Shown here piece after piece: positions 39,001-51,047 of a stretch of DNA of 64,000 bases. Numbering within the stretch: position 1 is the stretch's first letter; each line of letters starts with the position of its first letter. The stretch is taken from NCBI GenBank assembly GCA_951406725.2, contig OX597814.1, positions 69,378,001-69,442,000 of the forward strand. Reading direction: 5' to 3'. Below the pieces are notes generated by a model. That model ran no database searches. It saw only the letters and a list, made by a program, of their open reading frames with translations, and had not been told where the DNA came from. Both the position numbers and the translations under genes were made by a program. Origin of the DNA: Octopus vulgaris. Its lineage: Eukaryota.

Positions 39001-41676
39001 TTGTCAGAGCTAGGATGCGTGCTCTGAGGAACGAAGGAGTTGGAGCCGCCCAAGAGGCCCGAGTGGTGGAGACGCAACGAGGCAACAGAGCCACCATCAA
39101 GTCTCTTATAGATGAACAGGGGCGCGAATTGCTCGAGCCTAAAAGGATGTGTGGGGCTTTTCAACAACACTTCACCCAACTGTTTGGGACAAGTGGTGGG
39201 TCAGTACGCAGAGTGGACTTTAGTGCCTACCTGCATGCCTTGCCACGACTCTCAGCAAGAGAGGTGGAGTCATGTGAAAGGCCTATCACAGCTGCGGACG
39301 TACAGGATGCGATGGAGGGCTGCGCGAGAGACAAGTCACCAGGCTTGGATGGTCTGCCCTACGAACTTTATTGTCATATGCCAGACTTGTTTGGAGGCGT
39401 CTTGGCAGCTGTCTACTGCAACTGGCAGCAAAACGGGAGTATTCCTGCTTTTGTAAAGCGAGGAGCAGTGGCACTGATTAAGAAAGACCCAAACAATGGG
39501 GACGTCATAGATAATTTCAGGCCCATCACTCTGCTCAACGCAGATTTGAAAATTTTGGCCAAGGTGTTAGCCGAGAGTTTGGCGCTTGTCATCAAGAAAC
39601 TAATCGACAAGGCGCAAACATAAGCCGTGCCGGGTAGAAGTATTCATGACAACCTCCATCTGATGCGCTACATCATAGACAGGGTAGTTAAGAATCCTGC
39701 CATGGGTGGGGCGCTGATCAATTTGGATCAATCAAAAGCTTTCGATAGGGTAGACCATCACTACTTGGAGGCTGTCCTTAAAGCGGCTGGTTTCGGTCCA
39801 GTTTTCCGCAGTTGGATCGCTGCCTTATACAGCGGCATCCGCTCAGTAGTTCGCGTAAATGGTCATCTATCCAGACCTTTTAACATCATGCGTTCGGTTC
39901 GTCAGGGATGCCCCCTCTAGTCGCTGCTGTATGTATTGACTCTTGAGCCACTACTGCGGAAACTGGCGACGCTGAGGGGCATCCCACGAGAGCTGGGATG
40001 CAGGAGGAGCGTGTCTGCATACGCGGATGATGTCACCGTCATAGTGTCGAACTACCAGCACATCGAGCTGGTCGGCAAGACACTAAAAGAATACGAAGCG
40101 GTAACGGGAGCAAAAATTAACCGGGAAAAATCAGTGGGCTTGCGGCTCGGCACCTGGAGAAGCAGGCCCATGCCGTCCAACAGTGTCTCCATCGTGGGAC
40201 GCTGGACGGACGGACCGGCTAAATTGCTCGGGGTCTGGTTCGGTCCGGACCTCCAAATGGAGAAGAACTGGGGTGAGATAACGACTAGGCTGGCTACTCT
40301 CACCCAGAAATGGGCTGAGAGAAAGCTATCCCTAAAAGGTCGGGTGGAGGTGGCGAACGCATACATCACATCCGTCATCGAGTACCGTCTGACCATCGTG
40401 CCTTGTTCCGACCCTACCATCACCAAACTGGAACGTATACTCTTCCACTTCCTGTGGAAGGGAAACGTTCCGATGGTTAGGTAATCCATTTGCTGTCAAC
40501 ACCCGCTAAATGGAGGGCTGGGCATGCCGTAGTTGATGATGCGCAGACATGCGCTGAGACTGTGACATCTCCGGCGCTTCATAGACGACGGTGACAGGTG
40601 TGGTCGCCATTTGTGCGGCACGCTTTCCCGCAGCTCGTTTCCTTGGACGAACTACAGTCATGGATCAAGCAAAGACCGGGGCTAGGCGAATGGCACCGCG
40701 AGTGTCGCGTTGCTCTCAAGCAACTCTGCCGTCCGGGATCGAACTTGTGCGACTCCATCACAACAAAGGCATTCTATTGAGGATTAGTGGAGGGGAGGTG
40801 CGATGACGAACTCGGGCAGAGTCTGGGCGTTGACGAGGAACACCTGACCCGCCTGTTCAGGACAACTTTCGGTATGGGACCTATGAACAATCACCAAAGA
40901 TCCCTGGCCTGGCAGTGCTATCGAGAAGCATTACCTGTTCGGGATAAGCTCTACAGACACAGTTCCAGACAGACTAGACCGACTTGCCCGAGATGCGGTC
41001 AGAGTGACGAAACCATTCTGCACGCACTCGTGCAATGTCCAACCATTTCAGACCTGTGGGCTTATGTCGAACGGCTGCTGTCACGTGTGGGACGAATCCA
41101 CCTATCGGCCGAGTCTATTGTAAGAATTGCTCCGCCCCCTTCCCTCAACCGGGAAGGCAAGGCAGTTTTCATCATACTAGTGGCCATAGTGAAAGAATGT
41201 GTGTGGTGGACCCGAGCGAAAGGATTAGAGACAAACACTTACCTCTCTGGCCAATCGCTCATCAACTTTTTCAAGTACCACTTGAAAAGGAAGGTGAGAA
41301 TGGAGAGGGAAGTTTTGTCTCGCGAAAGATTAAAAAAAGATGGGTGAATGTTGCAAAGATGGTGCGTGCGAGTGACGAAACCATTTTGAGCATGACCCTG
41401 TAAATCGTAAAAAAAGAGAGAGCATTTTGCTCTCATGTGGTTATTTCCTCCCTGACTGAGGTTCCCGTGGTCTTTTCTGTAGGCTTTTCTTCCCACGGAT
41501 GAACCCAATCTTGTTTTATCAATGTTTCTGTGATACACGATTTCTTTCCTTCTTTTTTTTCCTCTCGAATCCTTTTGATCGCAATCTTACATTTATTTCC
41601 TTTTTTCCACCCTCGAAAAGAAAAGCACTACATTTGTATTTGTCCCCTCTGTATTTGGCCCTGTGTGGCTAATAAA
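36033..41676 (+). mobile_element. Near full-length Tx1/L1-like LINE (ORF1 about 36300-37905, ORF2 37973-41403), inactivated
   Basis: ORF1 zinc knuckle RPRCYICGSEQH; APE motifs SINVHGL, SETR, GDWN, SYLDRV, TDHK; RT motifs KSPGLDG, FRPITLLN, DQSKAFDRV, RQGCPL, YADD; C-terminal CPRC...H...C; several stops; AATAAA at the 3' end. Confidence 0.95.
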
Positions 41677-41806
41677 AGAAAGAAAGAAAGAAAGAAAGCA
41701 AACAAGCAAGCAAGCAAGCAAGCATCCATCCATCCATCCATCCATCCATTCATCCATCCATCCATCCATCCATCCATCAATCCATCCATCTATCTATTTT
41801 TCTATC

Positions 41807-41851
<45 letters not shown>

Positions 41852-41858
41852 GTCTGAC
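41677..41858. repeat. Compound tetranucleotide microsatellite (AAAG)(AAGC)(ATCC)(CTAT)
   Basis: Direct reading. Confidence 0.9.
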
Positions 41859-42784
41859 AGTTATTCTGTCTGTCTACCCCTCTCTCTAACACACACTCCC
41901 CCCCCCCCCACATTTGTCTCTCTCTCTCAGCAAATAGCTGTGGATGTTAATGTTACTTTTCTACAGTTGAAGGGAGAGGAAAAATGTTTATCAGTATGTT
42001 CAGAGTAGACTGATGCATACATGGAAAGAAAAGTAGATACATATTTCAAAAGAAAAGTAGATAGATACATACACACATTGTTAAATTAAAAGTGGGAGAG
42101 AGGAGGGACACAGAGGAAGTGAGATAGAAAGAGAGAAAATGAGAAACAGTAGATACATAGATCGAAAGAAAAGTTGATACATAGATACATAGACACATTA
42201 TTAAATCAAAGACAAATAACTACAGCAAATATTGGATGTCACTTTCACTTTTCATTACCACACATGGATAAAATTAACTCACAAGTGGCTGAGTACTCCA
42301 CAGACATGCATATCATTAACATAGTTCTCAGGGAGATCCAGCCTCCCACAGATTATGACAAGGTTGGCCCCTTTCAATTACAGCTACAACTCATTTGACC
42401 AGCTGAGTGGATTGGAGCAAGATAAACCTTCAAGTGGTTGAAAGAAAATGAAAAAAGATCCTATATAGGGGCAGGAAAACCTTTTTTAATTGTTAGGGTT
42501 ACTATGGGTGTTAATCCGGTAACAGTGGCATTTGTGGGTCTCACAGATCTGGAAGTCAACCCCCTCCCTAAACACCAATGCTGTTGTTATCAAACTGAGC
42601 ATGAGTCAAGGGTGAAGTCACTACATGACAAAATAGCAATTATTTTATCTTAACTTTCACTACTTATACTAAAGACATGACATTTTTTGCCTTACAATAT
42701 GGAACATTTCCTTTTCTTTCACTCTTTTTTAAAAATGACACTCCATCACTTACAACAATGAAGTTTCTGTTTATCTGATCAAAG

Positions 42785-43040
42785 GAATAGTCTGCTCATA
42801 AAATTAACATGCAAGTGGCTGAGTACTCCACTGACAGGCATACCATAACGTAGTTCTCAGGAAAATTGTGACAAGACTGGCCCCTCTGAATTACAGCTAC
42901 AACTCATTTTTGCCAGCTGACTGGACTGCAGCAAGATGAAGTAGAATAGCTTGCTCAAGAACACAGTGCGTCACCAGAAATCATACTCGTGACTTTACGA
43001 TCATGGGCCAAATACCCCTAACCACTGAGCCACACACCTT
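42785..43040 (-). mobile_element. tRNA-derived SINE (third family); partial copy at about 42265-42420
   Basis: Minus head GGTGTGTGGCTCAGTGGTTAGGG...GTGTTCTTGAGCAAG; body repeated at 42265-42420. Confidence 0.72.
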
Positions 43041-44088
43041 CACTCTCTTAACCGTAGAGAAAAGGAGCGAAGCAGACAGAGAAAGGAGACCCTCAGACAT
43101 TTAAAATAACAATTAGACTGAAATACGATCGATCTTTTCTAGCTTCTTTATTTTTAACAATGAAGAAGAGGGAAAGATATTTAGTAATGAATAGAGGGAA
43201 AGTCTTTCAGGTGTTTACATTTCCATTCTGGGAGTTCTAGAATGATCAACTGTTAGTTCTGTCTTTGTAAGAGTTAGCACTTCCTTCTCTAAGCCTAGAT
43301 TCAAAATCGAATCCAAGAATCATCAGTCGTCAAAAACCAATGCAAGTATAGGCGCGAAATTTAAGGATCTCTTTGTTCTGTCAAAAAGTGATTGATCATC
43401 TCCCTTTGACCTGCGACCTCAGCCATGTCAGGCGAAGTTCAACTGGACAAGCGCTGACCTACTTAAGTAGTAACTCGGTTGCAGTATGTCTATCTTTCTA
43501 GCTGTTTCAAATATTATAAATACAAGGGAAAAACAGAGAAAGAAACACAATCGCAGCTGACACACCAGCAGACAGATTTATCTCGCCCCGCGTTTTGGAG
43601 ACGACAGAGAAATGCCTACAGTATCTATCGGCTACTGTTCCGAATGATTCACGCACACACCCACACACACAAACATATTCATCTTTAATATGTGTTCTAT
43701 ACAAGCAATTCGTAGCATTTGCTTACATTTGTATGTAGTGTACTTATAACCCATGTAAATAAATCCCTTTTTAATCATGAAACAGTTTATGTATTTATTT
43801 ACGTACACACACATCCACTACATCTTCTTTGCCCCACCCCCGGTACTTAATTGCCTTCTTTCATAGTTCTTCATGTCTTTTAGTAAAAGGAGAAAGACCA
43901 TGTTTTTCCAGGCACGCTTCCTCTACAAACTACAAACAAGCCCCCTCCTTTCCATTTTTTTTTTTCATACAAAAACTAATGCAAATTTCGAACGGGGTAT
44001 AGCTGTGAAAAGAGCCCAGAAAACGGGGTAATACCCCTATAAAATGGGTGGAGGGGAAAAGTTGTCAACAAGTGGCTACATGAAATTC

Positions 44089-44181
<93 letters not shown>

Positions 44182-44184
44182 TAT

Positions 44185-47100
44185 ACACATATACAAAAGG
44201 TGATAAAACCTGGAAAGGTAATATAAATGGAATCGTATGAGGAAAAAAACACGTAATAAATCCATGCATATAAACGACAACTAAAAGGTTGAAAATGATA
44301 AAAATTAAATAATATGATAACCAGAAAAAAGTCCATTCAGAGTCCATTTCTACAGCCATTTTAAAGGATATCGCCAAATTTCAATAATGCATCAAACATT
44401 AAGGAACCAAACAGGCACTGACCTTTTCACCAACAAAATTATCTTCAAGGATGTTTCACATTGTGGTTGTCATAATTCTTTATTGTCTACTAGAGGCTGA
44501 TCATAGAAGGGACAGCACACACAAAGGGGATAGCATAAAGACAGATGTATACATCAGTGATGAAAAATAAATGAATGAGAAGGATGATATGAATAAAAAG
44601 GAATAGATGTAATGAAGGTCTCTTGAACCTCACCATCCAAGTGACCTCATTTAAACAAATGTAGTTTCAAAAAAGTGGTTACCTAAATTTATGGTTTCAA
44701 AAAATACTTGGCAGCCTACCTATTATCTGTGTCAATAAACTTCTTTTTCCTGTTTATCTCCTTCAGCCAGATTTCACAATGCGTGTCCAGGCACGTTCAA
44801 CTTTTCATAGACATTATTACATGGCACTTTTGGGGGAGGGTTATTTCATGCTCCTGTCTGTCTGCATTTTTCTGTCAGCTGGGGCAGGGTGAGGATTGGT
44901 GACTGCAGGGGGAGGGTGGGACACAAAGGGGCTGGGTGAGCATTGGGTGGGAGTAGGATGGGGATTGACAATAACACTTTGAATTCCAATTTTCTTTTTT
45001 ACCGTAGTCCATCCTCGTTTTGTTGCTTGATCTTCCTCTTCTTTCTCTGTCCAACCTCACATATTTCTGCACCATTCACAGTTTTCTGTGTTTTTTCTTG
45101 TATCTTTATGATAGGCAGAGGGCATCGTGCCCTAATGTGGCTCTTCTGGTTACACTTATAGTAACGGGGTGTTCTGCCCTCCACCATGACTCTCAGTTGC
45201 ACTTCTCTGCTCACAAACCTTTCTAAGTTCTCCGGGGCAGCCTGGATTAACATCTTCAGGCCATGCCCTTACCAAAACCTCAGTGGAAAACGAGTTTCCT
45301 GGTGGACCACAATTCAGAAAGGATGGCAGCCACCAGCCAGGCAACATCCACCTCTTAATACTTCTTTGCTTCCTCTGGCCACTTCTGTGAACTTCCTTTT
45401 TTCATCCTCTTCCATTGCCTTGTCAATAAGATCAATGCATCTTAACAACTCATCCTCAGATGACATCATATCATTAAAACTGTCTGGTCTATGCATCATA
45501 GCACTTCCCCTTCAACCAAGGGGGAAAAGCATCTACAACACTGCCACAAGGCAGCAAAAACAAGTACTGTTACACATACAATGATGTAATGACAATACAA
45601 ACAATAAATAACCTTTACTCACAAAAATAACGTTCAACACAATAATCCAAAAATTCTGGTTGTCTGTCAGTTTTAACAGGATGGAGAGACATAAATATAT
45701 ATAGTGTCCACTTAATGATAGATGGTAAAAAGTTTGGTGGAATCGGTAGAGATCAGTTCATTGTTCATTCATTAACCATTGGATAATTATTGAGAGAGAG
45801 ATGGCTACAAGCCTTACTCGGTTTCAATCACAGACAAAAAATCAAGTGGTCCTCTAAAGTGCCTAATTTTAATTTTACCTCTATTTCTATTTTTGTAAAT
45901 TTTCAAAAAGGTTATAAAAAAAACTTATGGTTACAAAATGGGACTACATCAGAAAACTTATTTAAATGTTTTGACCCATAGGATTTAAGGATAAAGTATG
46001 ATTCCTTTATACACAATTTACATTTATTCATATTAACACTAAAGTGGGGGGCTTTGGATAAGACAGACCATTCAAGATGGTAACTTACATTCCTCCTCTT
46101 TAAATTATGTATATAGGAGGCCAACGTGGTGGAGTTACAATATTTGGCATTCGAGAACAAATTCAAGTGGGCCTTATACCTCCTTTTAAAACCGGTAGTA
46201 CTCCTGATATAGATCTTAATTGAATCATTATCCCCTTTGACTGTACACTTATACACTACATTTTTTCTTAATCAGAACCCCTTAAGGGGACATAAGTCAG
46301 GGGTTCTGAAATTATGGCTAATTCCCGGGACCCCACAAATCTCAATATTGCTATTGCAATCTATTTTGTTTCCTGTATAGTTATTCCCAGTGTTGATCTG
46401 TCAATGCCTGGAGATGCTGATGAGTGCAATCATTCAGCATTGTCCTCTGTTATATTACATATACTATTAGCACTAATATTAGAACCTACATTAGAAGACA
46501 GTGCCAAATTTATCTGTCCATTTATTTTGCTTCTATTAGAAGATGCAATGATAGACCCCAAGTTTGGCGTCACCGAGTGTGAAAATTTAATCCACAACCT
46601 ATTACAGAGAGTAATACTTATGACTCTTAGGGAAATTTTCCTTCAATATTTTAAAGAATAAAGCAGGTAAATTTCTAACCCTAAGCGAAAAAAGTGGGGG
46701 GGGAGGAGACAAACTAGATTTCTGAAGGTTATTTCCATCACTTTTATTATTAACAATATTATTAAAACAATTAACTATCTGTGATTGAAACTGAGTGAGG
46801 CTTGTAACAATCTCTCTCTCTCTCTTAATAATTATCCACTGGTTAATGGATGAACAATGGACTAATCTCTACTGATTCCACTAAGCTTCTTACCCTCAAT
46901 CATTAAGAGGACACTATATATATTTATGTCTTTCCATCCTGTTAAAACTGACAGACAACCAGAATGTGAAATATCCTTGAAGATAATTTTCCTGATGAAA
47001 AGCCCATTGCCTGTTTGGTTCCTTAATGTATGATGCATTATTGAAATTTGGTGATGTCCTTTGAAATGGCTGTAGAAATGGATTCTGAATGAACTTTTTT

Positions 47101-47285
47101 CTGGTTATCGTCATATATTGGGGTTGAAAACGATAAAAATTAAATAATATTAAAATATTATTTAATTTTTATTGTTTTCAACCTTTTAGCTGCTGTTTAT
47201 ATGCATAGGTTTATTCCATGTTTTTTTCCTCATACGATTCCATTTATATTGCCTTTGCAAGTTTTATCACCTTTTGTATATGTAT
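44185..47285 (-). mobile_element. 5'-truncated Penelope-like element with inverted pseudo-LTRs
   Basis: GIY-YIG ORF 45912-46256 (VYKCTV...IYIRST...FKRRYKAH...STTLASYI...KCKLCIKE); linker ENFPKSHKY...PNLGSII; arms 44185-44471 plus 45653-45835 are reverse complements of 46779-47285. Confidence 0.85.
44472..45652 (-). mobile_element. ORF1-only non-autonomous Tx1-type retroelement (HAL1-like) with 12-bp TSD
   Basis: TSD ATTGTGGTTGTC (44460-44471) / ATTCTGGTTGTC (45653-45664); ORF1-like VMVEGRTPRYYKCNQKSHIRARCP; 3' end TCAGCCTCTAGTAGACAATAAAGAATTAT resembles Tx1 3' ends. Confidence 0.72.
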
Positions 47286-47454
47286 ATATATATATATTTA
47301 TGCTTTTGGGATTTATATGTTGAATGTCCTGGTGTTTTAATGTGTATTTATGTTCAATAATGTGATGATACGGGGATGTTACAAAGATGATTGACTAACT
47401 AGGATGTTTGTTCATTATATCCTTTTGAATTTATATATATATATTTATGTGTAT

Positions 47455-47640
47455 GTGTTTGTGTCTGTGATTGTCCTACCACCACCATTGCTTGTGTTTG
47501 TGTCTCCGTAACTTAGCTGTTTGGCAGAAGAGACTAATAGAATAAGCACAAGGCTTACAGGGAACAAGTCTAGGGGTTGATTTCAAGGGTGGTGCTTCAG
47601 CAGACAAATGACTGAAACAAGTAAAAGAATAAAAGAAAAC
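47455..47640 (+). mobile_element. CORE-like SINE 3' half
   Basis: Matches 53440-53650. Confidence 0.7.
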
Positions 47641-47894
47641 CAGAAGAACGTTCCATATCACTAAACCAAGAAGGGTCTTTGAATATGTACGATGTATTTT
47701 AAGGCTAAATAGTAATTGTGTTTTGGTTGGATTATATAGTTATTGGTTTTACACTTCTTTCTATATTCTGTAACTGTCACAGTGTAGAAACATTTCTCTT
47801 GGCACCAGCACACAATTTACAGATGCTTACATTTTTTATATTTCGTTTTTGGATTTGGTTTGCAAGATTCGTTATATAAGTTCGTATATTGAAG

Positions 47895-49770
47895 CATATT
47901 CTGTTGTGTCTGGGGTGAGTCATTTTCTTTTTGTGCCTTATAATTTAACACACTTACCGGTAAAATTTCCACTTATTTCTTATTTTCATTTTCCTAAAAT
48001 TTTCATTGCATCTTGCAACCTTTTCTGTCCGTTATTTACACTGTGTTCCTTTCTGTTTGTCTGTGCACATGTGTATGTGTTCCTATGCATGCATGTACAT
48101 ATGTATGTATGCGTGTATGCATGTATGTATGCATGTGTGTGTATGTATGTGTGTGCATATGTATGCATGTATTCTGCATATTCATGTGCTTGCATGTCCG
48201 TGTTTGTGTATTTTCTATGTATGTGTGTGTGTGTGAGCATGTGTTTGTATATGTATGCACCTGTCTTCTTGTGTGTGCATGTCTGTATGTGTGTGTGTGT
48301 GTGTTTTGCAACTATGTACTATGTTTGTATGTATGTATGTGCATCGCTATATGTGTGGACCCGTGTCTTCATATATGTCCTTGTGTGGAGTAATGTGTGT
48401 GTGTATATATGGTCATGTGTTTCAGTCTCCATTTGCATATGTGTGCTTGTCTGTTCTTATAACCTATGTACCTATCCGTCTGTATGTCGATCTGTTTATT
48501 TTCATATCCATATGCTTACATACAAACAAAAATAAAAACCAAAAAAAAAACAAAAAAACAATAAATACATATGCATACACACACACTCACACCCACACAC
48601 ACACATACATTCATCTATTTACATAACAGTCCACTAACTATTCTACTCTACCTGTGTAAACTGTGGGTATGGAGGTATGATATCTACTATGTATATTTCC
48701 TATTTAGTATTGGAGAGGTTTCATTTATAAGGACGTACTCCCGTATTTGTCTGAGTGTTGGGTCTTTTGGGTGCTTGGATAAGATGTGGATGTCAAATTG
48801 ACCCAAGTTGCCTCCATGGTGGTCTTTGGCATGCTGGTAGAGAATGGAGGACTGTTTTTTGTCATCATATTGTCTCAAATGTTCATTTAGTCGTTCTGCA
48901 ATGCTCCTAGACGTCTCCCCTATGTACATCATGTTCATGTCTTTAAAAGCACCTTCTATGCATCTTATGCTGTAAACTACATTTCGAGTTCTACAGTTAA
49001 TGCAGGGCTAATCCTACATACCATGCAGTTATCATTGGTGCATATGGTATTCTCAAAGGGGTATGTCCTACATCGTTGTAATCTGATGGACTTCCCTGGC
49101 TTTTCAACAATTTTAATGATGAGTTTGGTTTCCTTCAGAGCTTTTCTAAATCTACGGGCTAGTTCTCCATGGGCTATGGCCTCTACAAACATCACTCCTT
49201 GATATTTGTTAGTTTTATACCACGTGTTCGCCCTGTTTGTCACAAGCTCTTTGTATTCTATTCCATTCTTTGTTTCTATATCTAGGGCAGGTACCACTGA
49301 TATCATTACGTATAATGTTGTTTAATTTCTTTCTAGCCCCCCTCTGTATACTCAAACCCTATCTTTCTGATCATATCCAGAGAACTGCATGCGGTGCATG
49401 AAGTTCTGTATATGTTTTTCATTTCATAGAGTTCACATAGTGGGGACACATTGTACATTATTCTAACTAATTCTGCTATCAGTATGTTAATTTTCATGTT
49501 GTTTAACAAAGCTTAGTTCTTGTGAACAACATATTTTGAAGTTTTGGGTTTCATGTAATAGGAGTGGAGGTGCTGCACTCTATCAAAGTCTCTAACCAAA
49601 GGAACGCAGTATAAATAATGGACAGAGTCAAGACTATTGAAAAGGTTGCAAGAAGCAACAAAAATTTTAGGAAAATAAAAATAGGTAAATAAGTGGAAAT
49701 TTTACTGGTGAGTGTGTTAGATTATAAAGCACAAAAGGAAAATTACTCTCCTCAGACACAACAGAATACA
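47895..49770 (-). mobile_element. Second 5'-truncated Penelope-like element with inverted pseudo-LTR segments
   Basis: MYIGETSRSIAERLNEH...RQIRE...ILNRK (GIY-YIG), linker VMFVEA...IVEKPG...CMVC; 47895-48052 is the reverse complement of 49598-49770. Confidence 0.85.
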
Positions 49771-50047
49771 TTTTTTATGTTTTCCATAAAGTTTTCACAG
49801 GTCAAGCTAGTTGACTATTATTACAAAAGCTTTTCTGAGATATGTTAAAATGCTTGAAAAATGTCAAAATACTATTTTTTGAAGATATACATCTCCTGCA
49901 AAACAGGGAGTGTTTCTAAACAAAAATACTACCACCATAGTCCAGACAATGTTAACAATAAATAAAATGAATGAACATAGGCTTAACAGGCAGAAAAGAT
50001 TGGAAAGTCTCTCACAGCCTATGAAGCTCCAAGTTGCCATGTCTTGA

Positions 50048-50152
50048 CCACCATCATCATTCTACTATTACTACTACTACTACTAATACTAATACTAATA
50101 ATAATAATAAAATAATGATGATGATGATGATGAGGAGGAGGAGGAGGAGGAA

Positions 50153-50188
<36 letters not shown>

Positions 50189-50249
50189 CATGATGATGGT
50201 GGTGGTGGTGGTGGTGGTGGTGGTGATGATGATGATGATGATGATGATG

Positions 50250-50301
<52 letters not shown>

Positions 50302-50313
50302 TAATAATAATGA
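50048..50313. repeat. Compound trinucleotide microsatellite (ACT)(AAT)(GAT)(GAG)(GAT)(GGT)(GAT)(AAT)
   Basis: Direct reading; abuts a SINE tail. Confidence 0.9.
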
Positions 50314-50792
50314 TTTCAAATTTTGGTAAAAGGCCAGCAATTTCGGGAGACAGGTAAGTTGATTACATCAACTCCAGTGTTCAACTGCTACTTATTTTAT
50401 CAATCCCAAAAAGGATGAAAGGTGAAGTTAACATTGACAGAATTTGGATCCAGAACATAAAGACGGATGAAATGCCACCAAGTATTTTGCCCAATGTGCT
50501 AACAGTTCAGCTAGCTCACCTGATGCCACTGCCACTATGGCTATGATGATGATGACAGCAACAGCAATGCCGATGACAACAACAACAAACTTCAAACAGA
50601 TTCAAACCCAGAAATTTGGGGACAGTGTTGTTTGTCAATTATATTGACCTCAGTACTTGACTGTTACTTTATTTTATTAATCTTGGATGAATGGAAACTA
50701 AAACTGACTTAATTGGTATTCTGGACTTAGAACAGAAAGATCTGGAACAGCTACTGCAAGACCTTTTTTCAATGTTCTAACAACTCTGCCAA
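50314..50792 (-). mobile_element. Two tandem Nin/Deu-domain-like SINE copies
   Basis: Reverse complement of 57788-58260 family (CCTTTCATCCTTT...GATAAAATAAGTA.CAG); more decayed copies near 12860-13140 and 13500-13680. Confidence 0.65.
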
Positions 50793-51047
50793 TCTAAAAG
50801 CCTTTAAAAATAACACTGAAAGTATATGAAGAGGATGTGGTAGAAATTTTGTAACACATAAGAACAGCTGCTGCATAAGGTAAACATAGAAAAGGAGAGT
50901 TAACAGAGATCTGTTTTAGGATTTAGTTAAGGAGAAAATAGTCTTAACAATATAAATGCAAAAATATAATATCAGAGAGGAAAATCTATGATAAAACCAT
51001 TAATTAAATCAAACACTGTTCAAATTTTACTCCCAAAGTTAGCTTAC

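Larger units (their letters stand above)
13409..51047 (-). other. 37.6-kb TE-filled intron of the dynein gene
   Basis: Exons C and D encode directly adjacent residues, so no coding exon is needed between them; GT...AG ends. Confidence 0.88.

Noticed and set aside
36033-41676. Active autonomous LINE
   Set aside because: Multiple in-frame stops and frameshifts in ORF1 and ORF2; the copy at 59047-63234 is also broken.
43507-43704. Next dynein exon (ORF contains RHFS)
   Set aside because: It is upstream of exon D, so in the wrong order, and the rest has no dynein similarity.
45805-45865. Hammerhead in the pLTR of the first inverted PLE (TAGAGGA...GAAACCGAGTA, minus strand)
   Set aside because: Two core mismatches and a weak stem II; too degenerate to call.
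47849-48626. Cys/Val/Tyr/Met-rich 228-aa ORF, superficially reflectin- or metallothionein-like
   Set aside because: Artefact of TG/TATG repeats; open in several frames; no reflectin motif.
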